A stretch of 64,000 nucleotides of DNA from Bacteroidia bacterium (GCA_022180565.1 BQML01000002.1:117888-181887), one strand, 5' to 3'; shown: positions 40,688-49,803, counted from the stretch's first letter. Program-made: numbers and translations. Notes: generated from the sequence alone by a model not told the origin.

Positions 40688-41241
40688 ATCGGAGAAGAAC
40701 GATGGAACATCTGACCGTTGAAGAGATTCATGATCTTGCCGTGCGTGTCGATCGCGGGGATTTACCGAAAGAAGCCCTGCCTGCCCATGTGACGATGTGC
40801 AGGGAGTGCATGCAAGAGTTCCGGTTCCAAGCGGTCCTTGTGAATACCTTGCGAACCCATATTCATCCGGCTCCGCGGTCAATGAAGAAGGCTGTGATGA
40901 ACCGGATCATTCCTTCAGGCGACACTGTATTCACAAAGATCCTCAGCGCCGGTGGGCGAGCCCTGGCTATGGTGGCCGTTGTCGCAGTGATCGTGTACGG
41001 TCTTTCTCTGGAGCTTCCCGGATCGTCCCGGCCCAGCCCAACATCGGAACTCTTCGGGCAAATGTCTTCGTACTACAATGTCGCGAAAGAGTTTCTCTCC
41101 GCTCATACGTCGGCCCTCGGCGCACCCAGAACCGACGGCGGAGAAAAGGTCAAGATCCTTGTCATGACGTTTGTCGTGCTCGCCGGACTGGGTCTGATTG
41201 ACAAAATTCTGGGCCGCCGTTTCGTTCGAATGAAATTGTGA
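40684..41241 (+). CDS. Anti-sigma factor (zf-HC2-like) with single TM
   Basis: The ATG overlaps the sigma stop (ATGA at 40684-40687). H-x3-C-x2-C (HVTMCRECM) is followed by a TM segment (ALAMVAVVAVIVYGL) and a second C-terminal TM. Confidence 0.6.
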   Translation: MNRRRTMEHLTVEEIHDLAVRVDRGDLPKEALPAHVTMCRECMQEFRFQAVLVNTLRTHIHPAPRSMKKAVMNRIIPSGDTVFTKILSAGGRALAMVAVVAVIVYGLSLELPGSSRPSPTSELFGQMSSYYNVAKEFLSAHTSALGAPRTDGGEKVKILVMTFVVLAGLGLIDKILGRRFVRMKL

Positions 41242-41300
41242 CCGGTTCGGGTTGGGAATCGGCGGGATTCTCCATCATTCCACTCCTTCCCGTTCTTCAT

Positions 41301-41329
41301 TTGTCCTTTGGGGGATTTTCCTCTATATT
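41301..41329 (+). promoter_or_regulatory. Candidate sigma70-type promoter for ymdB-folD
   Basis: TTGTCC (41301-41306), 17-bp spacer, TATATT (41324-41329). Confidence 0.35.
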
Positions 41330-41366
41330 GGTTTCAGTCTAGTTCCAACCATCTTCATTCCTTTTC

Positions 41367-42161
41367 ATGTCCCAGCTCCTGAATATCTTCTTTGTCGGCG
41401 ATGTTGTGGGCAGGCCCGGTCTGCAGATCGTCGAGAAAGTGCTGAAGCAGTATCTCCAGAAATTCAGCGTGGATTTCTGCATTGTCAACGGCGAAAACAC
41501 CACGGAGGGAAAAGGAATCTCCGAAGAAAATGCGAAGACCCTCTTTGGGCTTGGCGTACACGTGATCACGACGGGGAACCACTTGTGGGACCGGTGGCAA
41601 ACCCGGGCCCTGCTGGCGAAGGAAAAGAACATCCTGCGGCCTCTGAACTATCCAAGGGAAAACGGGGGACAGGGCTTTCTCGTGTATGATCTCAAGGAAA
41701 AGGGCCAGGTGGGCGTGATCAATCTGCAGGGGCGGACGTACATGCAGCCGATCGACGATCCGTTCAAGGCGGCCGACTGGGCATTAAGCAAAATTGCGAA
41801 CGATACGAAGGTTGTCTTTGTGGACATGCATGCAGAGGCCTCAGCCGAAAAAATGGCTCTTGCATGGTACTTGGATGGGAGGGTAAGCGCGCTCGTCGGT
41901 ACGCACACGCATGTTCCCACGGCCGACGCGAGGATTCTCCCGAAGGGGACCGCGTTCATCACGGATGTCGGTATGACCGGTCCGTACGACTCGGTGATCG
42001 GAATGCGAAAGGAAGTGGCAATCAAGCGGTTTCTGCTTCAAACGCCCCATAAGTTTGAGATGGCGGAGCACGATGTTCGCCTTTGTGGAGTCTTTGTACA
42101 GGTGGAGAGAGAAACGGGCAAGGCCACAAGGATAGAACAGGTGATTTTCCCGGGATTCTAA
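41367..42161 (+). CDS. ymdB: YmdB-family metallophosphoesterase (TIGR00282-like 2',3'-cyclic-nucleotide phosphodiesterase)
   Basis: LNIFFVGDVVGRPG, VNGENTTEGKGI, TTGNHLWD and VGTHTHVPTAD. Confidence 0.8.
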   Translation: MSQLLNIFFVGDVVGRPGLQIVEKVLKQYLQKFSVDFCIVNGENTTEGKGISEENAKTLFGLGVHVITTGNHLWDRWQTRALLAKEKNILRPLNYPRENGGQGFLVYDLKEKGQVGVINLQGRTYMQPIDDPFKAADWALSKIANDTKVVFVDMHAEASAEKMALAWYLDGRVSALVGTHTHVPTADARILPKGTAFITDVGMTGPYDSVIGMRKEVAIKRFLLQTPHKFEMAEHDVRLCGVFVQVERETGKATRIEQVIFPGF

Positions 42162-42163
42162 TC

Positions 42164-43051
42164 ATGGCCCGCATCATTGACGGCCGGCGGATTGCGGCCG
42201 ATATCCGGAAAGAGGTAAAAGAAGCGACGGGGGAACTAAAGAGAACTCAAGGAGTCACTCCGGGCTTGGCGTTTATCCTGGTGGGAGAGAATCCTGCGTC
42301 GCAAGTGTATGTCGGAATGAAAGGCAAAGCCTGTGCCGAGGTCGGGTTCCATTCCGTTACCGAGGTAATGCCGGATTCGACGAGCGAAGAAACGCTGTTG
42401 AAGAAGATTGCCGGTTTCAATGCAGATCCTGCAATCCACGGAATTCTCGTTCAGTTGCCCCTGCCGGGGCATATAGACGAACGAAAAGTGCTGGAGGCGA
42501 TTGATCCTGCGAAGGATGTGGATGGATTCCATCCTTACAATGTTGGCCTGCTTGTCATCGGGAACAAAACTCTGCGACCGTGTACCCCGGCGGGGATCCA
42601 GGAGCTTCTGCTGCGAAGCGGCATTGATCCGGCAGGAAAACACGTCGTGGTTGCCGGCAGAAGCAACATCGTAGGAAAGCCTATCGCAAACATTCTTTTG
42701 CAGAAAGCCGCGGGGGCAAATTCTGTTGTAACCATAGTGCACACTGGGGCGGGGGATCTCGGACGCTATACAAGAATGGCCGATATTCTGATTGCAGCTG
42801 TCGGCAAGCCGGAGATAATCAAGGGAGACATGATTAAATCAGGGGCAGTGGTCATCGATGTGGGTACAAATCGGATCGAAGATCCGGCGGCGAAGGGTGG
42901 AACGCGGCTCGTGGGGGATGTGGAGTTTGAATCGGCCAGCAAAGTGGCAAGCGCTATTACGCCGGTTCCGGGGGGAGTGGGACCGATGACCATCGCTATG
43001 CTCTTGAAGAACACCCTCGAAGCCGCAACTGCTCAAGCGCCTCGTTTCTGA
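42164..43051 (+). CDS. folD: Bifunctional methylenetetrahydrofolate dehydrogenase/cyclohydrolase
   Basis: MARIIDGRRIA, PGLAFILVGENPASQVYV, GILVQLPLP, GRSNIVGKP and PVPGGVGPMT. The start lies 3 nt after the ymdB stop. Confidence 0.9.
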   Translation: MARIIDGRRIAADIRKEVKEATGELKRTQGVTPGLAFILVGENPASQVYVGMKGKACAEVGFHSVTEVMPDSTSEETLLKKIAGFNADPAIHGILVQLPLPGHIDERKVLEAIDPAKDVDGFHPYNVGLLVIGNKTLRPCTPAGIQELLLRSGIDPAGKHVVVAGRSNIVGKPIANILLQKAAGANSVVTIVHTGAGDLGRYTRMADILIAAVGKPEIIKGDMIKSGAVVIDVGTNRIEDPAAKGGTRLVGDVEFESASKVASAITPVPGGVGPMTIAMLLKNTLEAATAQAPRF

Positions 43052-43184
43052 CGGTATTCCTCTTCTTGTTGCCTGCACTTTTGAGTCGCGAACCAAGCCG
43101 ATTCTCACTGCGTCAATCGAACCTGGAGGGTTGATCAAGATTAGTTGAGATTTTGGGCAATCCTGCCAAATCTTAAAAACTGTA

Positions 43185-43213
43185 TTGACCCGAAACTGAG
43201 ATTATCGTATATT
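43185..43213 (+). promoter_or_regulatory. Candidate sigma70-type promoter for the HTH/B12-like regulator gene
   Basis: TTGACC (43185-43190), 17-bp spacer, TATATT (43208-43213), 38 nt upstream of the GTG at 43251. Confidence 0.5.
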
Positions 43214-43250
43214 AAAACGTGCAAAACGCTCAAATCAGGTAAATCGGTCA

Positions 43251-44123
43251 GTGTCGGGACTTTTTTCCACATCAGAAGTGGCGCGCCTTCTCGGTATTGA
43301 TGAATCGACTGTGAAGCGCTGGTCAGATTCGGGCGACTTGGAGTGTATTAAGACTAGAGGACGTCACCGTCGGTTCGCGGTGTCGTCGATCATGCGGTTT
43401 ATTCAGAAAAACGGCCTTCAAGTCCCCGAAACAGCTGCGGCAATGTTCCGGCTCCCGGAATTGACCGCGCGCATCATCGTTGGGGATTTATCTTCGCTGA
43501 TCTCAGAGTTTCAGAGGGCTCTTCTGGAAGGCGACGCGGATCGCTCCTTGGAGATTTTTCGCGTTGGGTGGACATCCGGACTCAGCCTTGCGGGTTTCTT
43601 CTCGAACATCCTGTATCCTGTTCTATCCCATCTCAATACCGAACGAGCCTCCGGTGGACTCGACCTCCACGATTTCAGGCTTGCCGAAAAGACGGCTCGT
43701 ACAGTTCTCGCCCGCATTCAGAACGATGTCGCGATTGATGAACAAGAGGGACGCATCGCCGTCGCAGCGTGTTACGAGAACGAACCCTGGGAGATTGATT
43801 TGGATTGCGTTTGCCTGCTCCTGAGGGCGCGGGGATGGAAGGTCTTTCAGTACGGAGCGGACATGGGCGTGGAGCAGCTGGTCCGGGCAATGGAGGTGAG
43901 GCGAGCGCATCTTGTTCTGTTGAGCGCGAGAGCGGTCGAGGACGGCTGGAAGTTTCAGAACGATGTGTCGGCGATCCTGGCGCCGGCTGTGAAACGCGCC
44001 GGTGCGGCGCTGGCCATTGTGGGCCCGAACCTGGCCCGACGATTCGGCAGAAAGCTCTCTGTCGATTTCATCGGAGAGACCGCACAAGACCTGACAGGAT
44101 TCCTCGACAACCTTTGGAGTTGA
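43251..44123 (+). CDS. Excisionase/MerR-type HTH regulator fused to a B12-binding-like module
   Basis: N-terminal TSEVARLLGIDESTVKRWSDSGDLECIKTRGRHRRF. A helical-bundle-like middle region is followed by a Rossmann-like C-terminus (RIAVAACYENEPWEIDLDCVCLLLRARGWKVFQYG...HLVLLSA). In that C-terminus the usual DxHxxG is replaced by ENEPWE. GTG start. Confidence 0.5.
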   Translation: MSGLFSTSEVARLLGIDESTVKRWSDSGDLECIKTRGRHRRFAVSSIMRFIQKNGLQVPETAAAMFRLPELTARIIVGDLSSLISEFQRALLEGDADRSLEIFRVGWTSGLSLAGFFSNILYPVLSHLNTERASGGLDLHDFRLAEKTARTVLARIQNDVAIDEQEGRIAVAACYENEPWEIDLDCVCLLLRARGWKVFQYGADMGVEQLVRAMEVRRAHLVLLSARAVEDGWKFQNDVSAILAPAVKRAGAALAIVGPNLARRFGRKLSVDFIGETAQDLTGFLDNLWS

Positions 44124-44132
44124 TAGAAACTG

Positions 44133-44675
44133 TTAGTCCCCTTCCCTCACAAAATAAAGCCTGTTATCCTCAACCTTATACAACATCGGCGCGACGGTGA
44201 CCCGGGGGTACCGGTTGCGCAGTCGTTTTACCTCGCCTAGCAGAAAATCCACCTCATTGCCGATCTCGAACATCGGGGCCAGGTTCTGAAAGTGATCCAC
44301 GGCCGTTTCTCGATCCCAACCGGCCCTCGTCATCAACCCCTCGATAAACTGCTCGCGCTTCGAAGCCAGATTTACCATCCCGCAATTTGTATGCCCAATC
44401 AGCGCAATATGTTGTACCCCACCGATCGCAATCGCAAACGATACCTTGAACTCGCTGTACCGAAGGTTCGCTCCGCCCGCGCGGATGATGTAAGCAAAAT
44501 TGTCCGGAATGCGAAGATGTTTCCGGTTATCCATGCACATACCAATCAGAAGAGCCGCGCGTGTATGAGGATCCAGAGTGCGGTCGAGATTATGGTACTC
44601 GACCAGACGGCCGATGGGAGTGTCCCGATAAGGTTGAGGAATGTCGGAAGAGCTCTGGATTGCGAGTATTTCCAT
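44133..44675 (-). CDS. Beta-class carbonic anhydrase-like protein
   Basis: Zinc-ligand motifs CMDNR (CxDxR) and HTNCG (HxxCG). The ATG at 44675 shares a base with the stop of the upstream oxidase gene. Confidence 0.6.
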   Translation of the reverse strand: MEILAIQSSSDIPQPYRDTPIGRLVEYHNLDRTLDPHTRAALLIGMCMDNRKHLRIPDNFAYIIRAGGANLRYSEFKVSFAIAIGGVQHIALIGHTNCGMVNLASKREQFIEGLMTRAGWDRETAVDHFQNLAPMFEIGNEVDFLLGEVKRLRNRYPRVTVAPMLYKVEDNRLYFVREGD

Positions 44676-45913
44676 CAGTATGCCTCTTGTTTGATAAACG
44701 TTGAATTGACCTCGTTCCACGCCCGACAGCCCGCAAGGCCGAGAGTCAGGTCCAGATCTGCAATGAAGTTTTGCAGGAAATCCCGAACCCCCCTCTCACC
44801 TGCTACTGCAAGCGCCCAAAGGTACGGACGGCCAAGGAGCACGGCCTTTGCCCCCATGGCCACGGCCTTGAAGACATCCGAGCCGCGGCGGACACCGCTG
44901 TCGAACAGCACATCGAGCTTCCTGCCGGCAACGGAAACAATGCCCGGAAGTGCATCGAGTGCCGCAAGGGCGCCATCCACCTGCCGACCGCCATGATTGG
45001 AAACAATGATGCCCTCCACACCGGCCCGGATGGCTTTCCGAGCGTCGTCCGGATGCAGAATTCCCTTGAGGAGGATCGGCAAGTCGGTTTGCTTTCGCAG
45101 CCACGAGAGATCTTTCCATGTAAGCGAAGGATTCGAAAAATTCCGGGCAAAGTGGCGCACAGCTCCCATCGGAAACTCCTCCGGAGACCGATCGAGCCCA
45201 CTTCGGAACGCGGGATCGCTGGTATAATTGGCGATCCCCTCGGCGGCCAGAAACGGTAGATACGCATTTCGAATGTCCCTATCCCGCCAGGCCAATACGG
45301 TCGTATCCAGCGTCACCACAAGGGCCGAGTAACCCGCCGCAGATGCCCGGCGCAGGAAGCTCTTGGTGATCTCCGGATCCTTGGGCCAATAGAGTTGATA
45401 CCAACGCGGTGTAGACCCCAAGGCGTCGGCCACTTCCTCGAGCGATCGGGACGAAGCCGTACTGAGGACCATCGGTACTCCGAGGGAAGCTGCTGCGCGC
45501 GCAACCGCCACCTCACCCTCTCTATGAACGATTCCCTGCACGCCGACCGGTGCAAGGAGGAAAGGATAGGGGAATCTGACTCCGAGCACAGAGACTTCGA
45601 GAGACCGCTCGGCGACATCCCGAAGCATTCGGGGGAGGATGGCAACCCGCTCAAACGCCTCTCTGTTTTTTCGGACCGTAATCTCCGCACCCGCGCCGCC
45701 GGCCACGTAATCGTAGGCTTCGCGGCTCAATATGTTCCGAGCCTTGGTTTCCAATTCTTCCGGTGATACGGGGAATCGCGGACGAATTCCCAGCACCCCT
45801 TTACGATATATTTCCAACTGACGCCGAATTCCCGGAGATCTTGTCTCCAAAGGCTGTTGTTTGCGGAGGATTCCTCCTCCCTTCAAGAGAACGGCAAGGT
45901 TCCTCAGTCGCAT
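44675..45913 (-). CDS. FMN-dependent alpha-hydroxy-acid oxidase (lactate 2-monooxygenase-like)
   Basis: AYDYVAGGAG, PFLLAPVG, LVVTLDT, LKGILHPDDA, VSNHGGRQ and DSGVRRGSDVFKA. The ATG at 45913 shares a base with the stop of the upstream gene. Confidence 0.8.
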   Translation of the reverse strand: MRLRNLAVLLKGGGILRKQQPLETRSPGIRRQLEIYRKGVLGIRPRFPVSPEELETKARNILSREAYDYVAGGAGAEITVRKNREAFERVAILPRMLRDVAERSLEVSVLGVRFPYPFLLAPVGVQGIVHREGEVAVARAAASLGVPMVLSTASSRSLEEVADALGSTPRWYQLYWPKDPEITKSFLRRASAAGYSALVVTLDTTVLAWRDRDIRNAYLPFLAAEGIANYTSDPAFRSGLDRSPEEFPMGAVRHFARNFSNPSLTWKDLSWLRKQTDLPILLKGILHPDDARKAIRAGVEGIIVSNHGGRQVDGALAALDALPGIVSVAGRKLDVLFDSGVRRGSDVFKAVAMGAKAVLLGRPYLWALAVAGERGVRDFLQNFIADLDLTLGLAGCRAWNEVNSTFIKQEAY

Positions 45914-47154
45914 CAAGTCGAGGTCTCCGGAGTGGAAGGATACTCGTTGTCCTGAGCGCGCGTCAGCGTAAGGATGGTCACTTCGGACCGCGCCCCCAGA
46001 CGCACCGGAGGTCCCCAGTAGCCTGTTCCCTTGCTCACGTACACCCAGGTACCGTTGTGACGGTGTAGGCCAGAGATATAGGGCTGGCCAACGGCGGCGA
46101 GGAAGTTCCAGGGGAAGAACTGGCCGCCATGGGTATGGCCTGAGATCATCAGATCGAACTTATGATCCTGTGCGGCAAAGATGCTCCGCGGTTGGTGCGC
46201 CAGCAGAAGTCGCAGATCGGAAGCCGCGGCGCCGGAGACTGCCCCTGCGGGATCAGAAGCCTGTTCCGGTACAAAGTCGCCAGCGCTGTAATCCGTGACG
46301 CCGGCAAGCAGAATCGACCCCGTGCCGCGGCTGATCTTGCGATGTTCATTGAGAAGAACCGAGAATCCCAGCCTGTCGGCCTCTTCAATCCATGGATGAA
46401 CGCCGGAATAATATTCATGATTCCCGGTTACAAAAAACCGGCCGAGGGGGGCGCTTAAGTGCCTTAGAGGATCAACGTGTTCCCGTAAGTATGGTACGGT
46501 CCCGTCCGCGAGATCACCGGTAAAGGCAATGAGATCCGCCTCCAAACCCTGCACTTGTTCAGCCACCATCTCAACAAAAGGTCTCTTGACCGTAAGCCCC
46601 GCGTGAAGATCGGTGATTTGGAGGATCCGCAATCCTTCGAGATCCGGATGCAGGTTCTGCAGAGGAATCTCCACATGAAGCACGGCGGGCGTGCGACGTG
46701 CCTCGTACAATCCGTATCCTGTCAGGATGCCTGCCGCACCGATGATAGCCGTGCTGGATGCTTGGTAGAGGAACTCTCTCCGCCCCGCGTCAGCTTCAAA
46801 AGCCGCTCCGCCCCCGGCCTGCAGCATCTCCCGACCGAAAGCGAATAGCTTTTGAAAGACGACAGCCGTCAGCACGACAATCTCCCTTGCCACGATGAGC
46901 GTGAACACCATCGAAACAAATCCCATGCTCAGATATCCTGCCCACGAAAGGAGGTCGGAAAACGCATTTTCAATCCGGCTCACCTGGAGGAAAAAGGCCG
47001 CTGGGGGAAGGAGGAAGAGAAGGATGAGGACAATCCAGGCGGCGGTGTTCCACTGTGCCGGGAGATGTGACGTGGAAAGAAGACGCCAGCCGATAAAGCC
47101 GTATCCAATGGCGAAGATGCTGACGACAATCAGAAAGAAGATCAGAACATTCAT
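45913..47154 (-). CDS. Membrane-anchored calcineurin-like metallophosphoesterase (YkuE-like)
   Basis: About 5 N-terminal TM helices, then ITDLHAG, TGDLADG, GNHEY and SGHTHGGQ. The ATGA overlap with the decarboxylase stop is at 47151-47154. Confidence 0.75.
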   Translation of the reverse strand: MNVLIFFLIVVSIFAIGYGFIGWRLLSTSHLPAQWNTAAWIVLILLFLLPPAAFFLQVSRIENAFSDLLSWAGYLSMGFVSMVFTLIVAREIVVLTAVVFQKLFAFGREMLQAGGGAAFEADAGRREFLYQASSTAIIGAAGILTGYGLYEARRTPAVLHVEIPLQNLHPDLEGLRILQITDLHAGLTVKRPFVEMVAEQVQGLEADLIAFTGDLADGTVPYLREHVDPLRHLSAPLGRFFVTGNHEYYSGVHPWIEEADRLGFSVLLNEHRKISRGTGSILLAGVTDYSAGDFVPEQASDPAGAVSGAAASDLRLLLAHQPRSIFAAQDHKFDLMISGHTHGGQFFPWNFLAAVGQPYISGLHRHNGTWVYVSKGTGYWGPPVRLGARSEVTILTLTRAQDNEYPSTPETST

Positions 47155-48527
47155 GAGAGCACTTTTTTTGCCGACGTGTTAAGGATTTCCCAAATGCGAT
47201 CGACCCAGTCCGCATGTTCCGGCTTCATCAAAACCGACCGCAGACACGTGATGTGCTCTGCATCGCGCTTCATGGAGGCGGGGAGGTGCAAGAGTGGTAG
47301 GGGAAGATCGGCCAGCGCGAGGTGAAGTCCGTTTTGCGCGGCTTCCTGAAAGATGGCCCGGGATCGCGTCGATGCCTCGCTTGCACTTGGCGCGTCCGGA
47401 GTCCACACCACAATGTCCAGTTCAGGCATCGGCCCCGGGATCCAGCGGCCATCCTTGCTGATCAATTCATGAAGACGCAAGGCCGCCCTGCGTCCCTTGT
47501 CGAGGGAGCGGGAGAACGCGCCGTCGGGAACAAGGGGAAACAACCTCTGGGTCGCCCAAAGAGCCACCGCCGCAGCGCCGGGACGCGAACATTCGAGGCT
47601 GATTTCGCCAAGATGAAGGTCGTTCGAAGAGAAATATGTATAAGGCGAGTCGTGCTTGTACAGCCGGCCCACTGCCGGGTCCCGAAACAGGACACAGCCG
47701 CATCCATAGGGTTGCAAGCCGTGTTTATGGGGATCGATGACAACCGAATCAGCCGATGAAAGCTTCTCAACGTGTCTGCGGGTTTCGGGAGCAAGAGAGC
47801 CGGAAAGCCTGAAATAGCCCCCGTAGGCCGCATCTGCGTGAATCCGGAATCCATGTTCGCGCTGTAAATTCAGAAGATCAGCCAACGGGTCGACCGCCCC
47901 CGTGGCGGTAGTTCCGATGGTAGCCACCACCGTTCCCACCGTTTCACGCCGAAGGAGGGTCCTCAGCGCATCAAGATCCATCCTCCCCCGTGTATCGCAG
48001 GGGACGGATCGAAAGCGCAGGCCGAGTACTCCCGAGATACGACTGTGCGTATAGTGCGCCTGCTCGGAGGCCGTAATGGTTTTCCCGGCGTGAAGGCTCC
48101 CTGCGACCCAAAGTGCTTCGAGATTCGCCACAGTACCGCCTCCTGTGAGATGACCGAGGTGAGTTTCCCAACCGATCATCTTCGCAATGTCCGCGACTGC
48201 CTCTTTTTCCATTGCGGAACTCGCCCTCCCTCCATCGAGCGCGTGATTGTTCGGATTAATCCAGAGGGCCAGCATGTATGCAAGGCGCGCGATGGGATGT
48301 GGCGGCTTCAACATCTGGCCGGCATACAAGGGATGGAAATACGGGAAGTTATCCTTCATGCGTTCAGCGACCTGCGCCAGGATATCACTGAGTTCGGAGT
48401 CGTCTGTGTTTTCGTACGAAGGAGGGAGGCCTGAGAAACCCTTTTCCAGGATTCGAAGGGCATCGCGAAGAACAGTGAGGGAAGTTGAGTCGAGATGCGA
48501 TGACGGGATCTTTGTGGAGATTTTCAT
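47151..48527 (-). CDS. Group II pyridoxal-phosphate-dependent decarboxylase
   Basis: GGGTVANLEAL, HADAAYGGY and the PLP lysine in VIDPHKHG. Confidence 0.8.
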   Translation of the reverse strand: MKISTKIPSSHLDSTSLTVLRDALRILEKGFSGLPPSYENTDDSELSDILAQVAERMKDNFPYFHPLYAGQMLKPPHPIARLAYMLALWINPNNHALDGGRASSAMEKEAVADIAKMIGWETHLGHLTGGGTVANLEALWVAGSLHAGKTITASEQAHYTHSRISGVLGLRFRSVPCDTRGRMDLDALRTLLRRETVGTVVATIGTTATGAVDPLADLLNLQREHGFRIHADAAYGGYFRLSGSLAPETRRHVEKLSSADSVVIDPHKHGLQPYGCGCVLFRDPAVGRLYKHDSPYTYFSSNDLHLGEISLECSRPGAAAVALWATQRLFPLVPDGAFSRSLDKGRRAALRLHELISKDGRWIPGPMPELDIVVWTPDAPSASEASTRSRAIFQEAAQNGLHLALADLPLPLLHLPASMKRDAEHITCLRSVLMKPEHADWVDRIWEILNTSAKKVLS

Positions 48528-48573
48528 TTCCCGGTAATGTACTTCTAATTCCTGACTTTTCCTCGATTTCTGG

Positions 48574-49155
48574 TCAACGGCTGATCAGGACGCCCATAAT
48601 CAGCCCGGCAGTCAATCCGCCGGCTCCCCAGAGCAGTTTATCCAGGTTCAGTCCCCGCTTCTCAGCCTCGATGATCGTCCTGGTTTCCGTCAACAACCGG
48701 TTGCTTTCCTGCAAGTGGAAACTCAACGTCTCGAGGTTGTTCATGGCCCGATTCAATTGTTTTGACGCCTGTTCAAAGGCGGACCCGGACGCGATACTGA
48801 GCGTTTCAAAAGAAGTGCGGAGGTTGTTGTAATTCGCCTCCTGTTCCTGCAGGCGCCGCTCTTGAAGAGCGATGATTTCATCATAGGCGGCCATCAAACG
48901 CGCAACCGAAGGCGCCTTCCTCCGAATGTCACGGTAGGCGTTGTCGTAGAGCCGGAATGTCATCGCGTTCATGATGTACGCCGTGTCGCAGGTGATCACA
49001 ACGGAGTCTCCGGCCTTGAGAACATTGGCGCGGATATCCGTGCAGTCCTGAAAAAGAACCGATGGTTGAGCGAAGGTCCGTGTGAATACAAAGAGAAAGA
49101 ACACTAATGCTGAAGGTTTCATGCAGGCCCCCTGTGTTTCTCTAAGATTCGCCAT
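48574..49155 (-). CDS. Coiled-coil protein with N-terminal signal peptide and C-terminal TM anchor
   Basis: Signal-like MKPSALVFFLFVFTRTFAQ (alternative ATG at 49122). The central part has heptad-rich helices. The C-terminus is LLWGAGGLTAGLIMGVLISR. Confidence 0.5.
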   Translation of the reverse strand: MANLRETQGACMKPSALVFFLFVFTRTFAQPSVLFQDCTDIRANVLKAGDSVVITCDTAYIMNAMTFRLYDNAYRDIRRKAPSVARLMAAYDEIIALQERRLQEQEANYNNLRTSFETLSIASGSAFEQASKQLNRAMNNLETLSFHLQESNRLLTETRTIIEAEKRGLNLDKLLWGAGGLTAGLIMGVLISR

Positions 49156-49542
49156 TCATCCTTGGTTATCGACAACGGGAATTTCCGGCAACCCCTTTCC
49201 GGTGGCCTCGACATCCCGGTACAGTTCTCTAAGGCGGCGAAGGATGACATCCTTCTGATTCTTGAACTGTGCATCGCCTGTCCGCTCATGCAGATCGAGG
49301 ATTTCCACTCGAGCCTGGATGTCTTTCAGATAAATGCTGAACCGTCCGAGATCGGTTCGGACGGAATCGACGGCCTTGCGGGCCAGGGAGAGCGATTCGA
49401 GGCCGGCATCGAGCCGCGCTTGGGCAGTCTCAAGACGGAGAATGGCTTCGTTCAGCCTACTATTCATGGAAAGAAACATCACGAGCCAGGCCGTGAAACC
49501 GACGGCTCCCAGCCCGAGGACGAGCTTCGTCAAGTTGGACAT
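49156..49542 (-). CDS. N-terminally anchored coiled-coil protein
   Basis: TM LVLGLGAVGFTAWLVMFL, then a helical/coiled region. The stop abuts the ATG of the next gene (TGAATG). Confidence 0.5.
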   Translation of the reverse strand: MSNLTKLVLGLGAVGFTAWLVMFLSMNSRLNEAILRLETAQARLDAGLESLSLARKAVDSVRTDLGRFSIYLKDIQARVEILDLHERTGDAQFKNQKDVILRRLRELYRDVEATGKGLPEIPVVDNQG

Positions 49543-49679
49543 GAAGAGACCCGGGTGTCGTGGAAAGATGTGCCTCGTTACGGGAGGGGAAAGTAGGAAA
49601 TCAGTGTGGGAGAATCAAGGCGGACCGACCGAGGCGCACCATTGCGTAGATAGTGTCAGGATTTCAGGTCTTCAGGGCC

Positions 49680-49726
49680 TACCTTTCCAAGGTACATATG
49701 TTAAACATATGCACCTTGGAAAGGTA
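49680..49726. repeat. 47-bp near-perfect palindrome (22 of 23 arm positions pair)
   Basis: TACCTTTCCAAGGTACATATGTT-A-AACATATGCACCTTGGAAAGGTA, centred on 49703. The single mismatch is 49694/49712. It lies in a 282-bp gene-free gap. Confidence 0.9.
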
Positions 49727-49803
49727 TGTCGAGGTAAAAAAATCAGATTGTCGTGGCTTGCAAGGAGATAAGTAGAATGTATTAATTCCGGCGGGAAAAC
49801 TCG

